The translations under genes and the position numbers were made by a program. 39,486 nt of DNA from Spirochaetales bacterium (GTDB taxonomy: Bacteria; Spirochaetota; Spirochaetia; UBA9216): NCBI GenBank assembly GCA_031273605.1, contig JAISRN010000063.1, positions 1-39,486 on the forward strand, in the 5' to 3' direction. The stretch's first letter is position 1; each line of letters opens with the position of its first letter. This document shows, piece after piece, positions 1 through 10,902 of the stretch. Below the pieces are notes generated by a model, which saw nothing but the letters and a program-made list of their open reading frames with translations, searched no databases and was not told the DNA's origin.

Positions 1-5
1 CGTAA

Positions 6-21
6 TGTTTCACGTGAAACA
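6..21. promoter_or_regulatory. parS: parS centromere-like site (ParB/Spo0J binding)
   Basis: TGTTTCACGTGAAACA is an exact match to the canonical 16-bp parS consensus. The palindrome extends over 4-23. Confidence 0.9.
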
Positions 22-26
22 TTTTT

Positions 27-722
27 TTACAGGAAATCTTTGAGTTGTTCCAGGGAATGTATTTCGTAGGTGGGCCTGAGGGTTGTGGGGTTTTCGGCGC
101 GCCGGGGGTTAAACCAGCAAGTGTCTATGCCGTAATTAAAGCCCCCCTGAATATCGGAAGTTAAGGAATCGCCGATAATGAGAATCGAGTTTTTGTCGGT
201 CCGCCCGGTCTGCCTCTCCCCATAGGCGAAGATGCCCGGATTGGGTTTGTTGTCCCCGGCCTCCTCGGAAATAATAACGTAGGGAAACGTATCTTTCAGG
301 GGGGAAAGGCGAATCCGGGATCTTTGAATTTCCGAAAGGCCATTGGTGATCAGCGCCAGGGTATAACGGGCCCCCAGGTAGCGGCAGATCTCCTGGGCGC
401 CAGGAATAAGGAAGGCCGCCTGGGCAAGGTACTTTAGGTAGGTGCGGCTAAAAACTTCGGGGTTAGGAGAATTTTTCAAGCCGATAGATTCAAAGAGAAG
501 CCGGAAACGCTTAATCCGCAGCTCCGGCTGGGTAAGACGGCCCTCTTCATATTCCAGCCAAACCGCCCGGTTGATCCGCTGATACTCCTCCAGGTAGGCC
601 GGGGGGGAATCAATCCCTGTTTCCCCAAGGGCCCGGGAAAGGGAAAATTGCTCGGCCTTGTGATAATCAAAGAGGGTGTCGTCCGCATCAAGGTAGAGAA
701 GCCGGTATTTACCTTCGGCCAT
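27..722 (-). CDS. YjjG-family HAD hydrolase (noncanonical pyrimidine nucleotidase-like)
   Basis: Motif I DADDTLFD, ITNG, KPNPGIF, IGDSLTSDIQGG. Lies 7 bp downstream of gyrA. Confidence 0.85.
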   Translation of the reverse strand: MAEGKYRLLYLDADDTLFDYHKAEQFSLSRALGETGIDSPPAYLEEYQRINRAVWLEYEEGRLTQPELRIKRFRLLFESIGLKNSPNPEVFSRTYLKYLAQAAFLIPGAQEICRYLGARYTLALITNGLSEIQRSRIRLSPLKDTFPYVIISEEAGDNKPNPGIFAYGERQTGRTDKNSILIIGDSLTSDIQGGFNYGIDTCWFNPRRAENPTTLRPTYEIHSLEQLKDFL

Positions 723-729
723 TTTTGTC

Positions 730-3159
730 CTAATCCTTTTCGTTGATAATCCGGGCGGCTCCTACGAGAAAGTCCGGCTTTTCAATATTCACGATTCTAA
801 CCCCCTGGGCAGTCTTTCCCAACTGGGGAATGTCCGCCAGTTTCAGTTTCAGGGTGTTGCCCTGGGAGGTTATGCATACCACATCATCTTGAATATTGGC
901 CGAAAGAGCCGCGGTTAACTCCCCGGTTTTTTCGGTAATCCGGTAGATAATTTGTCCCTGGGTTCCCCGGCCGTGGCAGGTAAAATGCTCAAAGCGGATC
1001 CGCTTGCCGTGGCCACATTCGGTTACCAGTACCATTTCTTCATTTTCATGCACCGCCATAACCCCGGAAATTTCATCCCTTTCCTGTAGTTTCATTCCCG
1101 AAACGCCCCGGGTAGCCCGGCCCATGGTCCGGATGGTCTCTTCGCTCATCCGAAGGGCATAACCGAATTTGGAAACCAAAACCACCTCATCCCGGCCGGA
1201 AGTAATTAAGGCGCTTACCAGGTGATCCCCGTTGTCCAGCCGCAGGGCAATGATTCCCCTGGTCTTGGCGTTGGCAAATTCTTCGGTGGAGACTTTTTTG
1301 ATCACCCCCTTCCGGGTAATCATAAGGAGAGTTCGGTCTCCGCTAAAGTTGGACAACGAGACGGTGGCGGTAATCTCCTCGTTGGCGGAGATGCTCAGGA
1401 GGGTTTTGACCTGAACCCCCCGGCTGGTCCTGGACCCTTCGGGAATCTCGTGCACCTTAACCCAGTAAGCCTTGCCCTCGCTGGTGATAAAGAGAAGGTA
1501 GTCATGGGTGGAGGCGATAAAGAGATGCTCTAAAAAGTCCTCATTCACCAGGTTGGTGGAAGAAGACCCCTTGCCCCCCCGGCCCTGATTCTTGTACGCG
1601 TTGGCCGGAACCCGTTTGATAAAGCCCTTGTGGGAGACCAGTACCACCATGTCCTCCCGGGTAATCATGTCCTCCACATCGATCTTTTCTACTTCGCTGG
1701 CGATGATTTCCGTCCGTCTGGGATCGCCGTATTTCTCGCCAATTTCGGTAATTTCGGCTTTAATAACCCCCATGAGTTTTGTTTCATCCGCCAGGAGGGA
1801 TTCGAGATACTCTATCAGGGCCAGGATTTCCTTTAGCTCGTCCAGGATTTTTTGGGTCTCCATGCTGGTAAGCCTTTGGAGACGCATATCCAGAATGGCC
1901 TGGGCCTGTTTTTCGGAAAAGCTGAACCGCTCTATCAGCCGGATTCGGGCGGCCTCAACGGTTTTTGCCGCCTTAATGATGGCGATAACTTCGTCAATGT
2001 TTTCCAGGGCAATTTTAAGGCCCTCTAAAATATGGGCCCGTTCCCTGGCCTTTTCCAGATCGAACCGGGTGCGCCGGGTAACCACTTCCTTTCGGTGAAG
2101 GATAAAGCAGGAGAGCATGTCCTTGAGGGAAACGATCTTGGGCGCTCCCTGGACCAGAGCCAGGGCATTGACATTAAAATTTTGCTGCAACAGGGTGTGG
2201 GCAAAAAGCTGATTCAGCACTACCTTGGCCACTGCCCCCCGTTTAAGAAAAATAACCACCCTCATCCCCTGGCGGTCCGATTCGTCCCTAACCAGGCTGA
2301 TTCCCTCAATTTTTTTGGTTTCCGCTAGCTCGTTAATCTTGATCACCAGGGCGGCCTTGTTGACCCCAAAGGGAATTTCGGTAACCACGATAACGTCCCG
2401 GCCGGATTTGCTGGTTTCCAGACTTACCTTGGCCCTCACCAGAATTTTTCCCCGGCCGGTTTGGTAGGCGCTTTTGATTCCCGCCCGGCCAAAAATGAGG
2501 CCCCCGGTGGGAAAGTCCGGGCCGCTGATGTACTTTAAGAGGCCTTCCAGTTCCAGGCCGGGATCGTCAATTAAGGCGGCGGCGGCGGCGCAGACTTCGG
2601 CTAGGTTGTGGGGGGGGATGTTGGTTGCCATGCCCACGGCAATACCGGTGGCGCCGTTTACCAGGAGGGAGGGAATGGCCGCCGGCATCACCGCCGGTTC
2701 GGTGGTAGAATCATCGTAGTTAGGAATAAAATCAACGGTGTTTTTATTGATGTCCCTAACCATCTCTTCGGAGATTCGTTCCAGCCGGGCTTCGGTGTAC
2801 CGCATGGCGGCGGGGGGGTCTCCATCCACGGAGCCAAAGTTGCCCTGGCCGTAAACCAGGGGATAGCGCAGGGAGAAATTCTGGGCCATCCGGACCAGGG
2901 CATCGTAAACCGAGGCGTCTCCGTGGGGGTGGTACTTTCCCAGTACATCCCCCACGATCCGGGCGCATTTTTTGTTAGGTTTATCGTGGCGCAGGCCCAT
3001 TTCACTCATGCTGTAGAGAATTCTGCGGTGAACCGGCTTTAGGCCGTCCCGAATATCGGGAAGCGCCCGGCTCACAATAACCGACATGGCGTAATTGAGG
3101 TAGGAGCCTTTGATTTCCTCTTCAATGGCAATGGGCAGTATCTTACCTTCGGATTCCAC
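730..3159 (-). CDS. gyrA: DNA gyrase subunit A
   Basis: [23 protein letters not shown], catalytic AAMRYTE, GyrA-box QGRGGKG, beta-pinwheel C-terminal repeats. Confidence 0.97.
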   Translation of the reverse strand: MESEGKILPIAIEEEIKGSYLNYAMSVIVSRALPDIRDGLKPVHRRILYSMSEMGLRHDKPNKKCARIVGDVLGKYHPHGDASVYDALVRMAQNFSLRYPLVYGQGNFGSVDGDPPAAMRYTEARLERISEEMVRDINKNTVDFIPNYDDSTTEPAVMPAAIPSLLVNGATGIAVGMATNIPPHNLAEVCAAAAALIDDPGLELEGLLKYISGPDFPTGGLIFGRAGIKSAYQTGRGKILVRAKVSLETSKSGRDVIVVTEIPFGVNKAALVIKINELAETKKIEGISLVRDESDRQGMRVVIFLKRGAVAKVVLNQLFAHTLLQQNFNVNALALVQGAPKIVSLKDMLSCFILHRKEVVTRRTRFDLEKARERAHILEGLKIALENIDEVIAIIKAAKTVEAARIRLIERFSFSEKQAQAILDMRLQRLTSMETQKILDELKEILALIEYLESLLADETKLMGVIKAEITEIGEKYGDPRRTEIIASEVEKIDVEDMITREDMVVLVSHKGFIKRVPANAYKNQGRGGKGSSSTNLVNEDFLEHLFIASTHDYLLFITSEGKAYWVKVHEIPEGSRTSRGVQVKTLLSISANEEITATVSLSNFSGDRTLLMITRKGVIKKVSTEEFANAKTRGIIALRLDNGDHLVSALITSGRDEVVLVSKFGYALRMSEETIRTMGRATRGVSGMKLQERDEISGVMAVHENEEMVLVTECGHGKRIRFEHFTCHGRGTQGQIIYRITEKTGELTAALSANIQDDVVCITSQGNTLKLKLADIPQLGKTAQGVRIVNIEKPDFLVGAARIINEKD

Positions 3160-3219
3160 TATCTAGTCCTCTTTGATTTGCAGTAGGGTCTGATACCCCT
3201 TTCAGGGCGGGGTAGTTCA

Positions 3220-5280
<2,061 letters not shown>

Positions 5281-5289
5281 ACTATTATA

Positions 5290-5318
5290 AGTATAGCCTT
5301 TTTTGCCGGCAGGGTAAA
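5290..5318 (-). promoter_or_regulatory. Putative sigma-70 promoter of gyrB-gyrA
   Basis: TTTACC-N17-TATACT on the minus strand. Confidence 0.55.
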
Positions 5319-5522
5319 GGGGGGAGCCTTGAAGGTCATGGGGAAAACTCCTAAACGCCCTCACCAGGGGCAGGGAGCCGGCGCCCCTTATGGTTATGGG
5401 GCCGCGCGGCAGGAGGCAGGTGGAATTTTTGCAAAAAATGTGTAAACTATGCTTATTATAGAAAAATATTCTATAAACAATTATACAAAATTGGATGGCA
5501 TGTTAAAAAAGGAGAATTTTGG

Positions 5523-7382
5523 ATGAATAAAAAATGGGTGTTTATCGCAACTATTGGCGTGAGCAATATTATAATAATTATTGTGAATTTACTTGTGTTA
5601 TGTATTTTTCAAGCTAACCCCGTTCCTCTGGGCGCGATGCTCCTCCGGGTTCTGCTGCCCGGCCTGGGATATGTTATCGTTGTTACCCTGATCCTGGGGG
5701 CCAACGGGTCCTTTTTTGATTCAAAAAACTTACAGGTTTCCGGGGAGGAGTATACTAAAATCTTAAAAAAACTGGGATCCGTCCCGGTTAAATTGATTGC
5801 CCTTATTGTGGTGTTCCAGGCTGTTTTTGCGTCCCTTGTTTTTCTTCAGGGGGAGAGGATCGGCATACAAGGGGATAACAAGGCCGCCCTCTTTATGGCA
5901 GTTCTTGCCGCCGGGATGCTGCTGGGAACCTTTGCGTATGTCCTGGTGGATCGCTTGGTTTCTGACACCCTTATTGCCAACAGCCTGGCCGAATATCCCC
6001 GGGACCTGCGGGAAAAGCGGCAGGCGCTTAAAATGTTTATTATTCCCGTGGCGGTGGCTATTGTAGCTGTTCTCTATGTCTATTCCATCACCTATCTGAC
6101 CATCTTTAAGGCGGGGGGTTCCCTGGCGGACATGACCGGATCATCCTGGATTCCCGCCCTTGTGTTTATCGGTTCCTTTTTTGTCAGTGTCTTCCTCCTG
6201 GCCTACACCCTTAAGCAAAACACCTGCAGGCTTTTTGATTCCGTGGTAGCCCAGCTTGAAAACCTCTCTTCCGCCAAAAAGGACCTTACCCGGCGTATCT
6301 CCATCTGTTCCATTGACGAATTAGGAACCATCGCCGGGATGGTGAATAGTTTTTGCGTACACATGGCTGATGGAATGAAGGCGATAAAGTCCGGCGAATA
6401 TGACCTTGCCGATTCGGGGCGTAAACTGGAAGAAAATATAGCCGATATGGCTTCGTCCCTTTCCCTGATCTCCGGCAGCATTGAACAGGTCCGGGAAAAA
6501 ACCCAATCCCAGATGCAGAGCGTGTCGGAATCCTCCGCGGCGGTGCATGAGATTGCTAAAAACATCGAATCCCTGGATGGCGCTATCGTTTCTCAGGTGT
6601 CCAGCATGAGCCAGGCGTCTTCGGCGGTGGAAGAAATGCTGGGGAATATTTCCTCCATCGGAGGGGTGGTGGAAAAAATGGCGGATCAGTTCAAAACCGT
6701 GGACACCGCCGCCGCCGAGGGCGGGGCGATTCAGCAGGAAAATGGGGCGAAGATCCGGGAAATTGTAACCCAATCCCAGACCCTGATGGAGGCTAACCGG
6801 ATCATCGCCACCATCGCCGCCCAGACCAATTTGTTAGCCATGAACGCTGCTATTGAGGCCGCCCACGCCGGCGATGCCGGGAGGGGCTTTTCCGTGGTTT
6901 CCGATGAAATCCGAAAGCTGGCGGAAAATTCCTCCGGGGAATCCAAAAAAATCAGCGCTGAATTAAAACAGATTGCAGAGACCATTAATAAGATCGTTAA
7001 GAACGCCGATGCCCTGGAACGGGCTTTTTCCCTGGTTTCCGAACGGGTCAGGGATACTGAAAAGCTGGTGCTGGAAGTAAGAAACGCGATCCGGGAGCAG
7101 AGCGAAGGGGCCGCCCAGGTTATGACCGCCCTAAAAACGATGAATGATATCAGCGTTCAGGTCCGGACCGGTTCAACGGAAATGAACGAGGGCAACGTTT
7201 CCATGCTCCGGGAGATCAGCTCCCTTCAAAGCCAGGCCAAGGAAATTTCCGACAACATGGACGAGATGGTCCAGGGGATTACCCGGATAAATACCGGCGC
7301 CCAGGAAGTTTCGGAACTTGCGGAAGTTAACCGGTCTTCCATAAAAAGCATAGCCGCTATTGTGGACGAGTTTGCGGTTTAA
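5523..7382 (+). CDS. Methyl-accepting chemotaxis protein with multi-TM sensor region
   Basis: Signalling hairpin [41 protein letters not shown]-like DLTRRI..DELG, about six N-terminal hydrophobic segments, AGGAG RBS. Confidence 0.93.
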   Translation: MNKKWVFIATIGVSNIIIIIVNLLVLCIFQANPVPLGAMLLRVLLPGLGYVIVVTLILGANGSFFDSKNLQVSGEEYTKILKKLGSVPVKLIALIVVFQAVFASLVFLQGERIGIQGDNKAALFMAVLAAGMLLGTFAYVLVDRLVSDTLIANSLAEYPRDLREKRQALKMFIIPVAVAIVAVLYVYSITYLTIFKAGGSLADMTGSSWIPALVFIGSFFVSVFLLAYTLKQNTCRLFDSVVAQLENLSSAKKDLTRRISICSIDELGTIAGMVNSFCVHMADGMKAIKSGEYDLADSGRKLEENIADMASSLSLISGSIEQVREKTQSQMQSVSESSAAVHEIAKNIESLDGAIVSQVSSMSQASSAVEEMLGNISSIGGVVEKMADQFKTVDTAAAEGGAIQQENGAKIREIVTQSQTLMEANRIIATIAAQTNLLAMNAAIEAAHAGDAGRGFSVVSDEIRKLAENSSGESKKISAELKQIAETINKIVKNADALERAFSLVSERVRDTEKLVLEVRNAIREQSEGAAQVMTALKTMNDISVQVRTGSTEMNEGNVSMLREISSLQSQAKEISDNMDEMVQGITRINTGAQEVSELAEVNRSSIKSIAAIVDEFAV

Positions 7383-7463
7383 GTTCGGCATCTCCTTATA
7401 GGGTCCGGTTTCCGCCTGCTTCTCTTAGGCAGCTTATTCGCCATTTTTGCCCCAGGCTTATTA

Positions 7464-7491
7464 GGACATTTCTATTGAACGCCGACAAACG
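7464..7491. mobile_element. Orphan IS terminal-repeat-like sequence, copy 1
   Basis: GGACATTTCTATTGAACGCCGACAAACG is 27/28 identical to 22862-22889. The reverse complement reads TGTC...AGAAATGTCC, resembling ISNCY/IS1202-type ends. Confidence 0.5.
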
Positions 7492-7580
7492 GCGGCGCCA
7501 CCGTTGACATAAAAATAATAATATGCTTATGTCAATTTATGTAAAATTCTATCTTGAAAAAAATATTTAGGAGGGTGGTT

Positions 7581-7922
7581 ATGAAAGCTGCACAAAATGG
7601 GAGCAGGGTGGTTTGGATGGGAATGATTGGCCTGGCGTTGATATTCGGGTTGTTGTTAGGCGGATGTGTATCCAGCAAAGAAGTTACCCCGGCTAACTGG
7701 CAAATGGAAGTGGTTGAATCCGGCCCGCCTTTGAATTCGCTGAGATCGATAAATGCCGGTAGCCAAGATGCCCTTTCAATGGCTCCGCTTCTTGAAGAAG
7801 CAGAGGGAGAAGTGGGAACCTGGTATAAATTTACCGCTGAAGAAAGACCCGGCCAGGTTTTCTATTACAGCACATTTAGTACAAGCGGTATTGTTGTTGG
7901 CAGATTTTTTAAAGCCAAGTAA
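7581..7922 (+). CDS. Small predicted lipoprotein
   Basis: AGGAGG RBS before the ATG at 7581. Hydrophobic signal ends in lipobox LLGG-C. Confidence 0.75.
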   Translation: MKAAQNGSRVVWMGMIGLALIFGLLLGGCVSSKEVTPANWQMEVVESGPPLNSLRSINAGSQDALSMAPLLEEAEGEVGTWYKFTAEERPGQVFYYSTFSTSGIVVGRFFKAK

Positions 7923-8077
7923 TCTTAGCAAAAACAAAAAAACAGGAGCGGAGAGACGGCTGCGCCCCCCGCCCCTGCCATTTGACTTTATGGCGCAGTT
8001 CTTCCGGTGCTCGATGCAGAATCAGCCCCTTCGGTACCGCCGCTATCAACTTCCTTATAGGCTAATAGGCAAAGTGA

Positions 8078-8410
8078 ATGAAAAATCTCCGTGAAATTTT
8101 GGCTTTTAATTTGAAGGAAAACCGCCGCAGAAAGGGCTTTTCGCAGGATCGACTGGCAGAAATGGCCGGCATTTCTACCCAATATCTCGCCACGGTTGAG
8201 ACCTGCCGTAAATTCCCTACACCGGAAGTGCTGGAACGCCTCGCCAAAGCTTTCGGTATTGAGACTCACCAGCTTTTTGAAGTGTCAACCACCCCCGAAG
8301 AAGCCCTTGAACGTTTGCACCGGTCAATTGTTACCGACATACGGCAGGTTGTGAGGGAAACCATACAGGAGACCCTTTCCGGGGAGTGCAAAGGCAAGGA
8401 TAAGGCTTAA
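8078..8410 (+). CDS. XRE-family helix-turn-helix transcriptional regulator
   Basis: NLKENRRRKGFSQDRLAEMAGISTQYLATVE...P...LERLAKAFG is a typical HTH_3 pattern. Confidence 0.9.
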   Translation: MKNLREILAFNLKENRRRKGFSQDRLAEMAGISTQYLATVETCRKFPTPEVLERLAKAFGIETHQLFEVSTTPEEALERLHRSIVTDIRQVVRETIQETLSGECKGKDKA

Positions 8411-8622
8411 GCGGCTTTGCCGCCGGAGAATAACGCCGCCCTAAGTTTTCGCTCCCCGTAATGTTGGTTCGGAATTTCGTCTTGCCGATGCTTTTGGAGT
8501 TAAAAATATATTTAATTGGTTTTATGCAATAATGGCATATTTAGTCCAGTTGATTGACAATAGTTCAAAAACACTATAAATTGATTCTCAGCGGGGTTGT
8601 TTATTATTATCGGGGTGGCAAT

Positions 8623-9894
8623 TTGAAAAATTGGTACAAACTTGACAATGCAGCCAAATTATTTTCCAATGTGGCAAGCAGAAAAAACTCCTCTGTATTT
8701 AGAATAGCCGTTGTTATGCAAGAGGAAGTAGACGGAAGCATTTTGCAAAAAGCGGTTGACCATATTTACGCCAGATTTCCGATGTTTTTTACCCGCATGC
8801 GAAGCGGTGTGTTTTGGAACTACATGGACGAGCTTGGACACAGCTTTAAGGTAGTAGAAGAAAGCGGGTATCCCTGCGGGATGATAGATGCAAAAAACAA
8901 TAACGGTTACATGCTTAAAATCCTCTATTATTATAAAAGAATATCCTTTGAAGCCTTTCATTCGCTGACCGATGGCAGCGGGGCAGTAGAATTTGTTAAA
9001 ACCCTTGTTTACTACTATCTTTGTTTTATGGGGAAGGCGATTTCGCCGGAAAATAAGATTTTGCTTGCAGAGGACGGCGTCAGCCTTGATGAATCCGAGG
9101 ACAGTTATTCAAAGTATTGCGAAGGATTGCCGGGTAAAACTGAAAAAAATAAAAACTCCTATAAAATTACCGGGACATCCTTTAGCTTGCACGGAAACAA
9201 TATAACAACAGGCATTATGAGCGCCCAGGCTCTAAATGGGCTCGCCAAGGCGCACGGTACAACCATCACCCCATATCTGGCAGCGGTGCTTGTACAGTCC
9301 ATTTATCAATCCCGGATAAAGCCCGGCAATAATAAATCAATTGTTGTGGCGATACCGGTTAACCTGAGAAATCTTTTCCCTTCAAAAACGATGCGTAATT
9401 TTTCATGCGTGGTAAATCTTGACTACAACCCCGCGAAAGGAATGGATTTGGCGGATATCATCGGCGATCTTACCGCCCGGTTGAAAGAAAAAACCAAAAA
9501 GCAATGCCTGCAAAGGAACATATCGAACAATGTCAGGTATGAACAAAATATTGCCGTGAAATTTGTTCCTCTTTTTGTTAAGCGGGTATTCATAAGATTT
9601 TGCTTTGATATGCTCGGTGAAAATAAAAAAACGATTACCCTTTCAAATGTTGGCAATATTACAACCCCGGCCGATATGTCCCCCCATATCAAATATTTTG
9701 AAGCCACCCTTTATCCAACCCAAAAGCGTCCGCTAAGCTGCGCGGTCTGCTCGGTCGATGACAAGCTGTCAATCAACTTTTCCAGAACGATTGTTGAGCC
9801 TGATATTATAAGACGTTTTTTCTCTTTTTTCGCAAACGAGGCCGGATTAGATGTTGTTTTATATTCAAATGACTGGGGAATAAAAAATGAGTAA
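8623..9894 (+). CDS. CoA-dependent acyltransferase (alcohol acetyltransferase/condensation-like fold)
   Basis: N-terminal WYKLDNAAKLF, catalytic HxxxDG (FHSLTDG), IPVNLR..FPSKTMRNF, LSNVG. Probable TTG start at 8623. Confidence 0.8.
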   Translation: MKNWYKLDNAAKLFSNVASRKNSSVFRIAVVMQEEVDGSILQKAVDHIYARFPMFFTRMRSGVFWNYMDELGHSFKVVEESGYPCGMIDAKNNNGYMLKILYYYKRISFEAFHSLTDGSGAVEFVKTLVYYYLCFMGKAISPENKILLAEDGVSLDESEDSYSKYCEGLPGKTEKNKNSYKITGTSFSLHGNNITTGIMSAQALNGLAKAHGTTITPYLAAVLVQSIYQSRIKPGNNKSIVVAIPVNLRNLFPSKTMRNFSCVVNLDYNPAKGMDLADIIGDLTARLKEKTKKQCLQRNISNNVRYEQNIAVKFVPLFVKRVFIRFCFDMLGENKKTITLSNVGNITTPADMSPHIKYFEATLYPTQKRPLSCAVCSVDDKLSINFSRTIVEPDIIRRFFSFFANEAGLDVVLYSNDWGIKNE

Positions 9895-10561
9895 ATGCCG
9901 GAAATGTGAGGCAAAAACAGAAAAGGGGCAAAAAATTTGTCCGTTGTGCTTTGCCCGTATTGAAAGTAACGATAAAAGCGATACGGAGTATCCCGGCTAC
10001 GCCGGCATGTATAAAGCAATTAAATACTTCACTGTTAAAAAGCTGTTTGCCTTTTTAAGCATCGCCGCAGGGTTGATTTTTTTGTTTTTGAATTTTTATT
10101 TGATGAAATATGCCCACAATTTATGGTCGCTTGTTTTTATCGCCGCTATTTTATTCTGTTGGGGTCTTTATAAAAGCATAAAATCAAAAAAATTGATTTT
10201 AGCGGGCAGGGTGCTGGCCTGTTACTTTCTTATTTCCGCTTTTTTGTTTGTGATTGATTTATATTTGGTGTTTCATAAGTGGTCTGTTGTTTATGTTATT
10301 CCGTTTTTAACTATTGCGCTGATAGTGTTTATAACAATCATTACAATTGTGCAAAAAAGAAGTTATAAAGATTATTTGGGATATTTACTGGCCACGCTGT
10401 TTATAAGCATATATCCCCTCTTTTTATGCTTCCTCTCGCTGTCAAAGGTGGTTTGGCCAAGTATTGCAACATTGGGATACGGATTGCTTACCGGCATAGC
10501 CTTTTATATTTTTATGGATAAAGATTTTAAAGTGGAAATGAAGAAGATCTTTCATTATTAA
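9887..10561 (+). CDS. Membrane protein with N-terminal zinc ribbon (DUF6320-like)
   Basis: CxxC...CPLC at the N-terminus, then six or seven TM helices and a C-terminal EMKKIFHY. Overlaps the upstream gene by 8 bp. Confidence 0.7.
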   Translation: MSKCRKCEAKTEKGQKICPLCFARIESNDKSDTEYPGYAGMYKAIKYFTVKKLFAFLSIAAGLIFLFLNFYLMKYAHNLWSLVFIAAILFCWGLYKSIKSKKLILAGRVLACYFLISAFLFVIDLYLVFHKWSVVYVIPFLTIALIVFITIITIVQKRSYKDYLGYLLATLFISIYPLFLCFLSLSKVVWPSIATLGYGLLTGIAFYIFMDKDFKVEMKKIFHY

Positions 10562-10592
10562 TTAAAAATCACCGATTTGACAAACAATTAGC

Positions 10593-10621
10593 TTGACAAA
10601 CCTAGGGGGAACCCCTATTAT
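10593..10621 (+). promoter_or_regulatory. Near-consensus sigma-70 promoter
   Basis: TTGACA-N17-TATTAT. Confidence 0.65.
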
Positions 10622-10627
10622 TCTTAA

Positions 10628-10902
10628 TTAAAGGAGTCAGATTCGGCGATGGTGATCTTTGCCGATAACCGCAATTTTAGCCCTTCTCCGATAAATTTAC
10701 TAGGAATTAATCTTTCCCCTATCAGTCATATCTATTCTCCCCGTGGTCACGCCGTCTGTCATGGGCCGCCGGGGAAATTGTTGTTTCAGGAGAGGGCTTA
10801 AGGACAAGTATTAAATTAGCAAAATTATCAGAAGGACTGACAGGGGAAGGCTTGGGGATCGTCATTTTGGCGATCGTAAAATGAAGTTTTTTGGAGGTTA
10901 TT
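10628..10902 (+). promoter_or_regulatory. Long structured 5' leader (candidate cis-regulatory RNA)
   Basis: Several complementary segments, including 10712-10727 with 10835-10850 and 10679-10689 with 10789-10798. Confidence 0.4.

Noticed and set aside
10644-10681. Fluoride riboswitch-like start (GGCGATGGTG...AACCGC)
   Set aside because: The downstream GCTRATGAC..CTAC pseudoknot half is missing and no fluoride-related gene follows.
10835-10852. Cobalamin riboswitch B12-box-like ACTG...GGGAAGGC
   Set aside because: The other conserved core elements are not found in the right order.
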